Below are positions 50,958 through 59,471 of a stretch of 64,000 bases of DNA, piece after piece. The stretch is from an uncultured Acidimicrobiales bacterium (GTDB taxonomy: Bacteria > Actinomycetota > Acidimicrobiia > Acidimicrobiales > SZUA-35). Below the pieces are notes generated by a model. It worked only from the letters and a program-made list of their open reading frames with translations. It searched no databases and was not told the DNA's origin. How positions within the stretch are numbered: the stretch's first letter is position 1; each line of letters begins with the position of its first letter. Location: the NCBI GenBank assembly GCA_937922805.1, contig CALAJV010000001.1, positions 179,734 through 243,733 of the forward strand, written 5' to 3'. Both the position numbers and the translations under genes were made by a program.

Positions 50958-51410
50958 TTGACCAGAATACGAAATAGCCAGATCCCACTTTGGGTGAACA
51001 TTATGCAAGCCATTCTGATTCTGATCATGGCAGTGCAGGTGGTCGAATATTTCTTCGGCCACGACGGCTTGGTCGCAGCTGGTATTCAAGTACAGGGGGA
51101 TCCAAGTCTTAATCTCATCTACGAGATGGGCGCCAGACTAGGTGTAATGGTCGTCGCCTCAGTATTTGTGATGATCACCCAAGACCCAAGGCAATACCTG
51201 GTCGTTCTGATAATGAACGTCTTCCGCGAAGGCCAAGAGATGATCATCGACCCGCTGTACCCGGTCGCTGATGCCCCTGCTTCTCCGACGGTCGACTTTT
51301 TCATCCACGTCGTAATCGTCGTTATCGAGATTGCCGCGCTTCTAGCAGTCCTGAAAATCACTCGGCAAGAAGGCGACTCTACAACGACACCTGCCGCCAC
51401 CGCCAGCTAA
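50958..51410 (+). CDS. Four-TM membrane protein, divergent from marR
   Basis: Four hydrophobic segments. TTG 50958 is preferred because the track's ATG 50892 lies inside the operator/promoter. Confidence 0.7.
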   Translation: MTRIRNSQIPLWVNIMQAILILIMAVQVVEYFFGHDGLVAAGIQVQGDPSLNLIYEMGARLGVMVVASVFVMITQDPRQYLVVLIMNVFREGQEMIIDPLYPVADAPASPTVDFFIHVVIVVIEIAALLAVLKITRQEGDSTTTPAATAS

Positions 51411-51418
51411 CCACGGGG

Positions 51419-52282
51419 CTAACAATCAGACTGGGCAACGAATAGCTGCACGTCAGACGCCGATAACGAGAGCAGGCCATCATCGCTAAAGGCCCTGATA
51501 TCCAGATCGTAAATGTCTGCCGGGCCGATTAGGGAAAGCTGATCAGCCCGATAGCTGCCAACGCCCAAGAACGATCCACCGGGATTAGCTCGAAGAGCAT
51601 CTTCAATTGCTTTGGCATCATCGCCACCAGATGGAGCGGGGAGTCGAATAAGGTTCGGAGGCCGATCAGTGTAGGGGCGGCCGCCTAGACCGAGTGCTCC
51701 GGAATCGTTCGCTAACGTGATAGCCGGCTTGCTACACATATCTAAACCGCCGAGCGACAGTCCACCTCGGCCAGGTTCTCGTCCCGACCGCGCCGTCGTC
51801 GATCGGGAGGTGCCGGTCTGCGTAGTAGTCGTTGCTTCTTTAGCTAATGATTCCGGCCCCACTGTGGCCGATGGTCCATTGAGATCTTCGTTGGGTTGCT
51901 GCTGAGCATCACCCGATGTCGTCTCAGGTGACGCACTCGAATCGTCAGTGCTGCCGACGTTCTCGGCTAACGCCGACGCCGATGGCCCAGTGGATGTCGA
52001 GCCGTTGACCGTTGGAGGAGCATCGGAGGCTCCAGCCTTACCGGCAAGCGGGCTTGACTGGCTATAGAACGAGCCGACCTCTGTTTTCGAGTCGCTGCCA
52101 ATGCTAGGCTGCTCACCAGCGCGGGCGGCCACAGCCAAATCCGAACCGTCGTCGTAGTCATCATCGTCGACCGCGAGGGTTACGTAGCTTGCTTCCGCTT
52201 CTGGTGAATCGTCGGCACCGAAGGAACAACCAACGCACGAAGCAGCCAAAGCCAAGATGAAAAACACCGTCGTTTTGCCCAC
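51419..52282 (-). CDS. Putative lipoprotein, Ser/Thr-rich, unknown function
   Basis: Hydrophobic N-terminus with LAASCVGC; low-complexity linker. Confidence 0.6.
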   Translation of the reverse strand: MGKTTVFFILALAASCVGCSFGADDSPEAEASYVTLAVDDDDYDDGSDLAVAARAGEQPSIGSDSKTEVGSFYSQSSPLAGKAGASDAPPTVNGSTSTGPSASALAENVGSTDDSSASPETTSGDAQQQPNEDLNGPSATVGPESLAKEATTTTQTGTSRSTTARSGREPGRGGLSLGGLDMCSKPAITLANDSGALGLGGRPYTDRPPNLIRLPAPSGGDDAKAIEDALRANPGGSFLGVGSYRADQLSLIGPADIYDLDIRAFSDDGLLSLSASDVQLFVAQSDC

Positions 52283-52455
52283 GCGCTCCCGCCAAGATTG
52301 AAACTACCCAAACGAACAACAAGTTAGTCTCGTGAGCTACCCACCCACTGGACTATTCGTCGGGACAACAAATCTAGCACCAACTACCGCCAACAAACAA
52401 TGGAGCCTGCGCCCACCATCGGCAACTCAATTGGATACGGGCCAAAGTCAGGCGA

Positions 52456-53322
52456 TTAGATTAGAGAGTCGTGCACAATCGGTGTCGGACAATCTCGAAT
52501 ACGGACACCGAGCGTTTCTGAGTTAACTACCAGCCGCTGTGGACCGCGGCCTGACTCTTGTACGTCATAGAGTTTCGCTCCCCGGAATCCAACAACTTTC
52601 TCCCACAAGCACCCTTCGGGAACGACCCATGGGCCGCGGGCTAGGTCGCCAACCCAGTAGTCACCGTTCTTAGCTACCTTCAACGGCTCAACCAGTGGCG
52701 ACCAGGCACCCCAATCCCCGCACTCTGGAGTAGCAACGAATCGGTCAGGTTCAATTTCGTTTATAACCACAATCATTCGCCCGACATCGAGGTGGTCTTC
52801 GCCAATTTTGCGTTCGACCCGTTCCTTCATAACCCGATGTAGCTGGTATCGGCAATCCTCAACGTCAAACGAGGTGGCGTACACCCCAGGTTTCAGAGAG
52901 CCAGAATTCGGAATGTCGAACGCGGCATCGAACTCATCTTCATCGTCTCGACCTTCGTCGTCTTGGTCTTCTTCGTCTTCTTCGTCTTCTTCGTCTTCTT
53001 CGTCTTCTTCGTCTTCTCGATCGTCGTCATCATCATCGTCTTGATTTCGGACTTCGTAGTCTCGATCGTCGCTGCCTTCAAGATCTTCGATGTCGTAGTT
53101 ACCCGACTTGATTCCCGGACGATAAGCCAGATATTCGGGGTCGGGTTGTTGATCGATTATGTTTTCGCTCGCTTCTGAGGCAAATCTCGAATCTTCAGCA
53201 GCGGCTTGCTTGGCCTCAACTCGGTCTCCGATTTCTTCTAGCGCTACTTGGTAGTAGTTAGCCGACCACGCCACGAGTCCAACAAGTAATCCGATTCCAA
53301 TTAGGCGGGTAAGACGTTCCAT
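52456..53322 (-). CDS. Membrane-anchored exported protein with an acidic repeat tract
   Basis: N-terminal TM helix, D/E tract, C-terminal PGVY..C / GDYWVG..C.WE duplicated module. Confidence 0.7.
   Translation of the reverse strand: MERLTRLIGIGLLVGLVAWSANYYQVALEEIGDRVEAKQAAAEDSRFASEASENIIDQQPDPEYLAYRPGIKSGNYDIEDLEGSDDRDYEVRNQDDDDDDDREDEEDEEDEEDEEDEEDQDDEGRDDEDEFDAAFDIPNSGSLKPGVYATSFDVEDCRYQLHRVMKERVERKIGEDHLDVGRMIVVINEIEPDRFVATPECGDWGAWSPLVEPLKVAKNGDYWVGDLARGPWVVPEGCLWEKVVGFRGAKLYDVQESGRGPQRLVVNSETLGVRIRDCPTPIVHDSLI
52966..53017. repeat. 9-bp tandem repeat (GTCTTCTTC) x ~5.7 encoding (EED)n
   Basis: Read directly from the sequence. Confidence 0.9.
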
Positions 53323-53376
53323 TCACTATTGATCGGCAACAAAGTTCTGAATTCAATAGCACTAGAGTCGGTATTT

Positions 53377-54045
53377 ATGGATCAAAGTACCCATGGACCG
53401 GTCGAGCGAACTGACGACCCGGTTGGTGTTGGGCCCCACCCCGAACCTTGGCCCGACGATGACCGGTTCGATCCATTGTTGCTGGCTGAAGGGGATCGAC
53501 GAAACGTGGTCGATCACTACCGATACTGGTCAATGGAGGCGATAATCGCCGACCTAGACACTCGTCGCCACAGCTTTCACGTGGCCATCGAAAACTGGCA
53601 ACACGATCTCAACATCGGCACCGTAGTGCGAGCCGCCAATGCGTTCCTCGCAGCCGAGGTTCACATTGTTGGTCGCAAACGATGGAATCGGAGAGGGGCG
53701 ATGGTTACCGATCGATATCAACATGTTCGCCATCATCCGGAGGCAACCGACTTAACCACGTGGGCCAGCGAAAACGGACTACCCCTGATCGGGATCGACA
53801 ACTTACCGGGATCGGTGCCTATCAATAGCAGACCCCTACCAAAATCTTGCGTTCTCGTATTCGGGCAAGAAGGCCCAGGGTTATCTGAGCAGATTCGTCC
53901 GCTGCTAGCTGAGTGCCGATCAATTCCCCAGTTTGGATCTACCCGGTCAATCAACGCAGGCGTGGCCGCCGGCATTGCAATGCATGCATGGATTGATCAG
54001 CACGCCAACATTCAAACCGTTGACGGCTCTGAGGCTAGTTCTTAA
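53377..54045 (+). CDS. TrmH/SpoU family RNA methyltransferase
   Basis: DRRNVVDHYRYW, ENWQHDLNIG, FGQEGPG and IPQFGSTRSINAGVA motifs. Confidence 0.92.
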   Translation: MDQSTHGPVERTDDPVGVGPHPEPWPDDDRFDPLLLAEGDRRNVVDHYRYWSMEAIIADLDTRRHSFHVAIENWQHDLNIGTVVRAANAFLAAEVHIVGRKRWNRRGAMVTDRYQHVRHHPEATDLTTWASENGLPLIGIDNLPGSVPINSRPLPKSCVLVFGQEGPGLSEQIRPLLAECRSIPQFGSTRSINAGVAAGIAMHAWIDQHANIQTVDGSEASS

Positions 54046-54058
54046 CTAACCGACTGGC

Positions 54059-55168
54059 TTACAGCTCTCGGTATTCGATTCGACGATTACGGCGCTGAGC
54101 TTCTGGATCGTCGGCGTCGTTAGGCTCACGAAGACGTTCCTCGCCGTAGCCGAACGCCACCAATTCGTTCTCAACGCCCCGTTGTTCTAGCGCCTCTTTA
54201 ACGGCGTTGGCACGGCGTTCGCTCAGCTCCTTGTTCGACGCATCAGTTCCTCGTGAGTCGGTGTGTCCACCGACTTCAACCGAAATATCCGGATTGGCTT
54301 TCAACAAGTCAGCGGCCTCATCCAAGATAGATTCCGAAGCCGGTTCGATCAGAGCGCTACCGGAGCCGAACTCGATAGGTTCCAGTTCGTTCAAGCTGGC
54401 TTCGAGGTCGCTTTCAGCCGACAGTACGAAACCAGAGTTATCGATCTCGACTCCTTCGATGTCGTCGAAGCCTGATTCAACTCGCCCGAACAGTCCAGGA
54501 TCTGAGACCTGACCTTCAATTGTTACTTTGGTTGGGGCTTGCTTGTCGGCGTCGATGACCAACTGGTTATCTACTTGACCGTCCCGCGTCCAAATGGCAT
54601 TCGCTCGCTCAACAATGGCAGCTTCGGTAGCCTCGTCGGGCACCGTTCCGGTTAGCACTACGGTGCTTTGTCCGGCCGTTATTGTAGATTCAGCCTGAGG
54701 GCTGCTTACGATCGTAAGTTCGTCGATAACAGTGTCGACCTTTGGTTGTTCTCCGAGGAACTCCAAGACGGCCGCTCGGCTTGCCTCGTCAGGCACTTCA
54801 CCGGTTGCGGTCACCGTGTTGGTGTCGACCCCGGCCAACGCCACTGGCGCCAGCCCAGCTGCCGCCAGTCCAGCTCCAAAACCATCCAAATCGGGTTGAG
54901 TGAGCAGTTCGGCGACGGGAGCGGCTTCAGCTTCCTCGACCGGCTCTTCTTCTTCGACTACTTCTGCCGCTGCTTCCGCTGGCGTGGTTTCGACAGTTTG
55001 CCGGTTGGCGATGGACGGCCAAACGATGGTGATTGCCAAAATTGCTATGCCTACCGCAATCGCAAGTAAGGCTGGGAGCTCGTCAGGAGTCTCGTCAGCG
55101 AGAGCAACGCCTCTCGACTTCTGTGCTGATGCGGCTTCTTCTACTTGATCTTCGGTCACCTCGGCCAT
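54059..55168 (-). CDS. Second membrane-anchored BON + OmpA-like protein
   Basis: TM helix; ATGEVPDEA / LTGTVPDEA BON-like units; GHTDSRG..N..LSERRANAV..RNRRIE. Confidence 0.85.
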   Translation of the reverse strand: MAEVTEDQVEEAASAQKSRGVALADETPDELPALLAIAVGIAILAITIVWPSIANRQTVETTPAEAAAEVVEEEEPVEEAEAAPVAELLTQPDLDGFGAGLAAAGLAPVALAGVDTNTVTATGEVPDEASRAAVLEFLGEQPKVDTVIDELTIVSSPQAESTITAGQSTVVLTGTVPDEATEAAIVERANAIWTRDGQVDNQLVIDADKQAPTKVTIEGQVSDPGLFGRVESGFDDIEGVEIDNSGFVLSAESDLEASLNELEPIEFGSGSALIEPASESILDEAADLLKANPDISVEVGGHTDSRGTDASNKELSERRANAVKEALEQRGVENELVAFGYGEERLREPNDADDPEAQRRNRRIEYREL

Positions 55169-55196
55169 GGCTGCATTGTGCCAGAAAATTTGGCCT

Positions 55197-55892
55197 TTAG
55201 CGCGCCTTGGACGACGCTGTTGTCACTTTGGCCGATTCGGCTTCGCCAACAGGCTTCGGCCGAGCGATTTCTCGATCAGCCGACGACTTCGCCTTGGCGG
55301 CAGCGATCATCCGCTCAAGTCCGAATATCACAACCAAACCGATGGCCATCAAGGCTAGGGCCCACAGTAGTTGCCCTATAATCGCAGGTCGTTCGACTTC
55401 TCTCTCTGCTTGTATTTCCTTGCCGAACGCCTCAACCGATCGAGCCGGATCACTGAAACCTCTAGCCTCTTGAAGGGCCCGGTAATGGTTTTCCTGTAGA
55501 TCGTCGATTACGAACGCCTCGACCCTGGTTTCTACCTCTTCATCGTCGCTCTCGGGAGGAAAGACAATAGCTATGTCAGCGTCAGTCGCTTCTTGAATAC
55601 GTCGAGCGAACGCAGCGCTCGACGGCTGTGGATCATTAGGAGCTACCACCACAACTCGAAGCGCTTGGAAGCGGAGGTTTTGGACAACAGCTTCTAGCTC
55701 AGCCTCGTCAATGTCGGAACGGCCAGGGGCTACGAAAACGCCGTCTTCAGAGACCGCTTCAGCTACCACTCCGGGGTCTTCAGCGCTAGCCGGACTGGCG
55801 CCGATAACCGTCGCCAATACGGCGGCAGCAACAACGGCTAAAGCCGAGAGTATTCGTAGAATTTGTGGATGGCGACGATTCACGTCTTCCAT
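55197..55892 (-). CDS. Exported protein with a C-terminal TM helix (TPM/DUF6676-like), unknown function
   Basis: Signal peptide ..PASA-E; alpha/beta domain; C-terminal TM helix. Confidence 0.65.
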   Translation of the reverse strand: MEDVNRRHPQILRILSALAVVAAAVLATVIGASPASAEDPGVVAEAVSEDGVFVAPGRSDIDEAELEAVVQNLRFQALRVVVVAPNDPQPSSAAFARRIQEATDADIAIVFPPESDDEEVETRVEAFVIDDLQENHYRALQEARGFSDPARSVEAFGKEIQAEREVERPAIIGQLLWALALMAIGLVVIFGLERMIAAAKAKSSADREIARPKPVGEAESAKVTTASSKAR

Positions 55893-55978
55893 TGTCGCAC
55901 CGTTCTCTCCCAGTGCGACTTCACGTGAGCTTTTTCCCCATATGACTAGCTGTATAGAGGAGCTTGTGGCGGCAACGA

Positions 55979-56275
55979 CTAGTCGAGCAGAAAGCTACGA
56001 GTCTTTTCTAGATGTGGATCATAGGTGTTGAAGAAGTTGTCAAAGGCGGCGGCCCCGGCATCATCGACGTCGAAAACGTACGGATTGCTTCGCTTTTGGC
56101 TTCGTTCGATGGCATCAAGGTCGAAATCGTTGAGATCAACGTCGTCAGCGACCTGCAAGACCCGCCGAAGTTGACCGGATAGTTTTTCCACTTCCGCTTC
56201 AAGCCGGACAACCTCTAATCGAAGGTCGACGTTAGCTTCATCGACGGAGCTAAGAGAATCTGTATTTGTTAGCAC
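55979..56275 (-). CDS. Small hypothetical coiled-coil protein
   Basis: LRLEVVRLEAEVEKLSGQL; AAAGG upstream of the GTG. Confidence 0.55.
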   Translation of the reverse strand: MLTNTDSLSSVDEANVDLRLEVVRLEAEVEKLSGQLRRVLQVADDVDLNDFDLDAIERSQKRSNPYVFDVDDAGAAAFDNFFNTYDPHLEKTRSFLLD

Positions 56276-56358
56276 CCAGGCCTTTCGGCCTACCTTTCAA
56301 ATTATTGAGCGTTAGCTCGCTAATTATTGAGCTTGTGGCTAGCAAGCCCCGCTCGGTC

Positions 56359-57072
56359 CTAATGGCCAAACATCATCATCCATTGTTCAACCGAGGCTGG
56401 CTTAAACACGACGTTGCGGCTTCGGGTATCACCCATCGATTGTGACGGTTCGGGAGAATAGAGGTGGCCTGGGAACAAGGTGGCCGAATCGGGCACCTTC
56501 GATAGCCGTCCAGTTAGGGAGTGGTAGAGCTCTTCTGGGTCCCCGCCGGGAAGGTCGGTACGGCCGCATCCATCAAGAAACAGCGTGTCGCCCGATACGA
56601 GGTGATTGTTCACCAGGAAACATTGACTGCCGGGCGTATGCCCTGGCGTGTGGATTAACTCAATGTCGATGCTGCCAACGGTGACTACATCACCCGAGCT
56701 GTGGCTAACCAACGCATCTCCGGTAATCCCAGTGGTCTTTGTAACGAACTCGACTTCTGGTGCTTGCAAGTGGATCGGAACGTCAATCTTGTCAAGTAGT
56801 TCGGCGATCCCAATGATTGAATGACCCATCATTGAACCGCCAACATGATCGGCGTGATAATGCGTTCCGAGGACTCCGGTTACTGTCATTCCGTCTGCCT
56901 CAAGGGCTGCCAGTAGGCCGTCAACGTCGTAGGCCGGGTCCACCAGAACGGCCTCGCCCGTACTTCGGTCTCCAATTGCATACGCGAAATTTACCATCTG
57001 TTGGGCAATCGGATTGTCGGTAGCGAAGTCCCGACCACTAAGAAGCTGGCGAAAGTACAAGGAGTCATCCAT
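56359..57072 (-). CDS. MBL-fold hydrolase (glyoxalase II-like)
   Basis: THYHADH, HTPGHTPG, GDTLF and PGH motifs. Start at MDDSLYF (57072); the track extension to 57444 is antisense to pheA. Confidence 0.9.
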   Translation of the reverse strand: MDDSLYFRQLLSGRDFATDNPIAQQMVNFAYAIGDRSTGEAVLVDPAYDVDGLLAALEADGMTVTGVLGTHYHADHVGGSMMGHSIIGIAELLDKIDVPIHLQAPEVEFVTKTTGITGDALVSHSSGDVVTVGSIDIELIHTPGHTPGSQCFLVNNHLVSGDTLFLDGCGRTDLPGGDPEELYHSLTGRLSKVPDSATLFPGHLYSPEPSQSMGDTRSRNVVFKPASVEQWMMMFGH

Positions 57073-57096
57073 ACCACATACTGTAGGCTCAGAACC
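57073..57096. promoter_or_regulatory. Overlapping divergent -10 hexamers for leaderless pheA and the MBL hydrolase gene
   Basis: TAGGCT (57084-89) lies 7 nt before GTG 57097; minus-strand TACAGT (57080-85) lies 7 nt before ATG 57072. Confidence 0.6.
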
Positions 57097-58029
57097 GTGA
57101 CAGATTCGACTCGCCGGATTGCATATCTTGGTCCAGCCGGCACCTTTACTGAACAAGCGCTCATGAGCCAACCCGACCTGGCTGGTTGCTCGCTGGTTCC
57201 AATGCAGAAATTTGTTGACGTTCTCGACGCAACAACGGCCGGTGAAGTAGAGGCCGGATTCGTGGCAATAGAGAACGCGATCGAAGGAACCGTTAACGTC
57301 ACGCTCGATGCCTTGGCCTTCGACCATGATCTTCTGATACAGCGAGAGGTCGAGCTTGATATCAAGTTGAACCTGATGGCCAAACCGGGAACAGCAATTA
57401 GCGACGTCCACACCGTCCTTTCTCACCCAATAGCCAACGCTCAATGTCGGCAGTTCCTTGGGAAAGAGGCACCGGCCGCTGAAGTGAAGCCAGCCAACTC
57501 AACGTCGGAAGCGGCCCAAATCGTTGCTGCGTCCGGCCCTGGGGTTGCCGCTATCGGGCCGTCCCTGGCGAGCGCACATCACAATCTCGAACTTCTGTCC
57601 GAAGACATTGCCGACCACCCGGGCAACAAAACAAGGTTTGTTCTCGTTGCCCCTAACGGTGTCCCAAAGCCGAGCGGGCACGATAAGACCACGGTTGTTC
57701 TCACCCAGCGCGAAGATCGTCCTGGTTCTTTGGTAACAATTTTGGAAGAGTTCGCCGCTCGAACTATCAACCTTTCCCGACTATCTTCTCGCCCGGTCAA
57801 AACAGACCTTGGTACCTACTGCTTTATTATCGACCTTGTAGGTCACATTAGTGATGAGCTAACCGCAGATTGCCTTCGAAGTATCCGAGCTAAACACGCC
57901 GACGTAAAATTCCTCGGGAGCTACCCGGCGGCAGGCGTTGGCTCTACGGCAACTCGAGAGCAGGCAACCACGGCATGGGCCGAGGCTGACCATTGGATGC
58001 AGTCCTTGCGATCTCAAGTAGAGCAATAG
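57097..58029 (+). CDS. pheA: Prephenate dehydratase
   Basis: AYLGPAGTFTEQA, IENAIEGTV, SHPIANAQC and NKTRF motifs; ACT domain with SRP and FLGSYP. Confidence 0.95.
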   Translation: MTDSTRRIAYLGPAGTFTEQALMSQPDLAGCSLVPMQKFVDVLDATTAGEVEAGFVAIENAIEGTVNVTLDALAFDHDLLIQREVELDIKLNLMAKPGTAISDVHTVLSHPIANAQCRQFLGKEAPAAEVKPANSTSEAAQIVAASGPGVAAIGPSLASAHHNLELLSEDIADHPGNKTRFVLVAPNGVPKPSGHDKTTVVLTQREDRPGSLVTILEEFAARTINLSRLSSRPVKTDLGTYCFIIDLVGHISDELTADCLRSIRAKHADVKFLGSYPAAGVGSTATREQATTAWAEADHWMQSLRSQVEQ

Positions 58030-58060
58030 CCAACACCTAAACGAATTTGAGTAACGCTCT

Positions 58061-58765
58061 ATGAACAGTAACCACGGCGGAGATCACAAACACAACCATT
58101 CTCACGGCCATAGCCACCAACACGGACACGCCAACGACCAAGGGCTATCTGGCATGGTTCGTTATCTTCGCCACGCCCCGAGAATGTGGCGCTCGACAGT
58201 TAACCATGCCGCCGTCGAGCTGTTAGCCCCGCAACCTAACGAGACTGTTCTCGATATCGGCGCTGGAATGGGCGCTGGGGCCATGGTCGCGGCCAGAAAG
58301 CGGGCGAAGGTTATCGCCATAGAACCAACGCCGTTCCTCCGTAGGGTACTTTCGTTCCGACGTTTGCTACAGCGAGCTCGGAAACGAATTTTGATAGTCA
58401 ACGGTGCGGCCGAGAACCTTTCAGTTGACGCCCAGTCGGTTGATGCCATCTGGTCGGTAAACACAATGCATCATTGGGTAAACCAAGCGGATGCCGCCGC
58501 CGAGATTGTCCGAGCTCTTCGTCCTGGTGGTCGGCTGCTTTTGATCGATGAGGACTTTCAAGATCCGACCCACCCTGAATATGAGGCGTTCGGGAAACAC
58601 AACAAACACGACAGTGATGAAGCCGACAACACCCATCACGGATTCACGATGGTTGATGCCGATGAGATGGGCAACCTGTTGACCGAAGCCGGTCTGAGTT
58701 CGGTAACGGCTGATAAGCAATCAGTCGAAGGCCGCCCAGTAATCATGGTTACTGGCACCGCCTAA
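58061..58765 (+). CDS. Class I SAM-dependent methyltransferase with a His-rich N-terminus
   Basis: VLDIGAGMG, GAAENL, HHW and LRPGG motifs; 9 His in the first 23 aa. Confidence 0.88.
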   Translation: MNSNHGGDHKHNHSHGHSHQHGHANDQGLSGMVRYLRHAPRMWRSTVNHAAVELLAPQPNETVLDIGAGMGAGAMVAARKRAKVIAIEPTPFLRRVLSFRRLLQRARKRILIVNGAAENLSVDAQSVDAIWSVNTMHHWVNQADAAAEIVRALRPGGRLLLIDEDFQDPTHPEYEAFGKHNKHDSDEADNTHHGFTMVDADEMGNLLTEAGLSSVTADKQSVEGRPVIMVTGTA

Positions 58766-58821
58766 CCATGTGCCCAAAGATTGGTTGAAGTCCGACCCGA
58801 GGAATTGATTAGACTCTCGTT

Positions 58822-59304
58822 ATGGCGGATGAACCTTCTCCACGTTCTCCTGGTTCCAGCCAGACCCGAACTCGAGAATGGGTAGCTGTCGGCGTAACCG
58901 TCGTTTTCACCCTCTTTTTCGTCTGGCGGTCATTGCTAAATGGCCAACGAGTGTTCCCGGTCATCTTGGTTTTCGGACTACTCGGACTGATCTGGTGGTC
59001 TTGGCCGGGACAACAAAAGGGGCCTCACGTTAGCCACCAGCAAGCCTTGCATCAAGCAGGCAAAAACGGCACTGTAATTTATTGGCGACCTGGTTGAATC
59101 TATTGCGCCAAGCTCAAGGCTGGTTTGGGCTCGGCGCGCCATGACGTGTCATGGGTGAACATTTGGCGAGACCCTGAAGCGGCAGCAGTCGTTCGTGAGT
59201 ACCAACAGGGCAACGAGACGGTTCCTACGGTTATCAACGGCGCCGGCAAGATGCTCGATCCAACTCCGCAAGCGGTAAAGGCGCAATTGGCAACCAAGCA
59301 CTAG
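58822..59304 (+). CDS. Membrane-anchored glutaredoxin/mycoredoxin-like protein, probable selenoprotein (UGA 59095-59097 = Sec, UxxC)
   Basis: Two TM helices, then VIYWRPG-TGA-IYCAKLK...WVNIWRDPEAAAVVREYQQGNETVPTV to TAG at 59302; the frame is intact past the UGA; downstream hairpin; TAGACT -10 lies 6 nt before the ATG. Confidence 0.8.
59105..59137 (+). promoter_or_regulatory. Candidate bacterial SECIS element
   Basis: GCGCC-A-AGCTCAAG-[GCTGG]-TTTGGGCT-C-GGCGC; the G-led apical loop begins ~21 nt after the UGA. Confidence 0.6.
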
Positions 59305-59471
59305 GCAACTGCCGCGGCCATCATCGTTCCGTTCCGATCTTCAGGCCGACGGCGAGACGGACCACCACGACTCGACTACAGTCTCCGCTATGGCAACAGG
59401 CTTCGACACCAGGAAATGTTGGTCAATCATGAGCATGTTCCAAGCCGACTTCAACAAAGGCGAACGCTGAC

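Noticed and set aside
55915..55932. parS-like site (TTCACGTGA core)
   Set aside because: Only the central core matches; the flanking GTT/AAC arms of the parS consensus are missing.
58061..58765. Arsenite methyltransferase (ArsM) partnered with the redoxin
   Set aside because: The protein has no cysteines, which ArsM catalysis requires.
58822..59097. 91-aa ORF treated as a complete gene or as a nonsense pseudogene
   Set aside because: The TGA sits exactly at the catalytic Cys position, with an intact downstream domain and a SECIS-like hairpin. Sec recoding is more parsimonious, though unproven.
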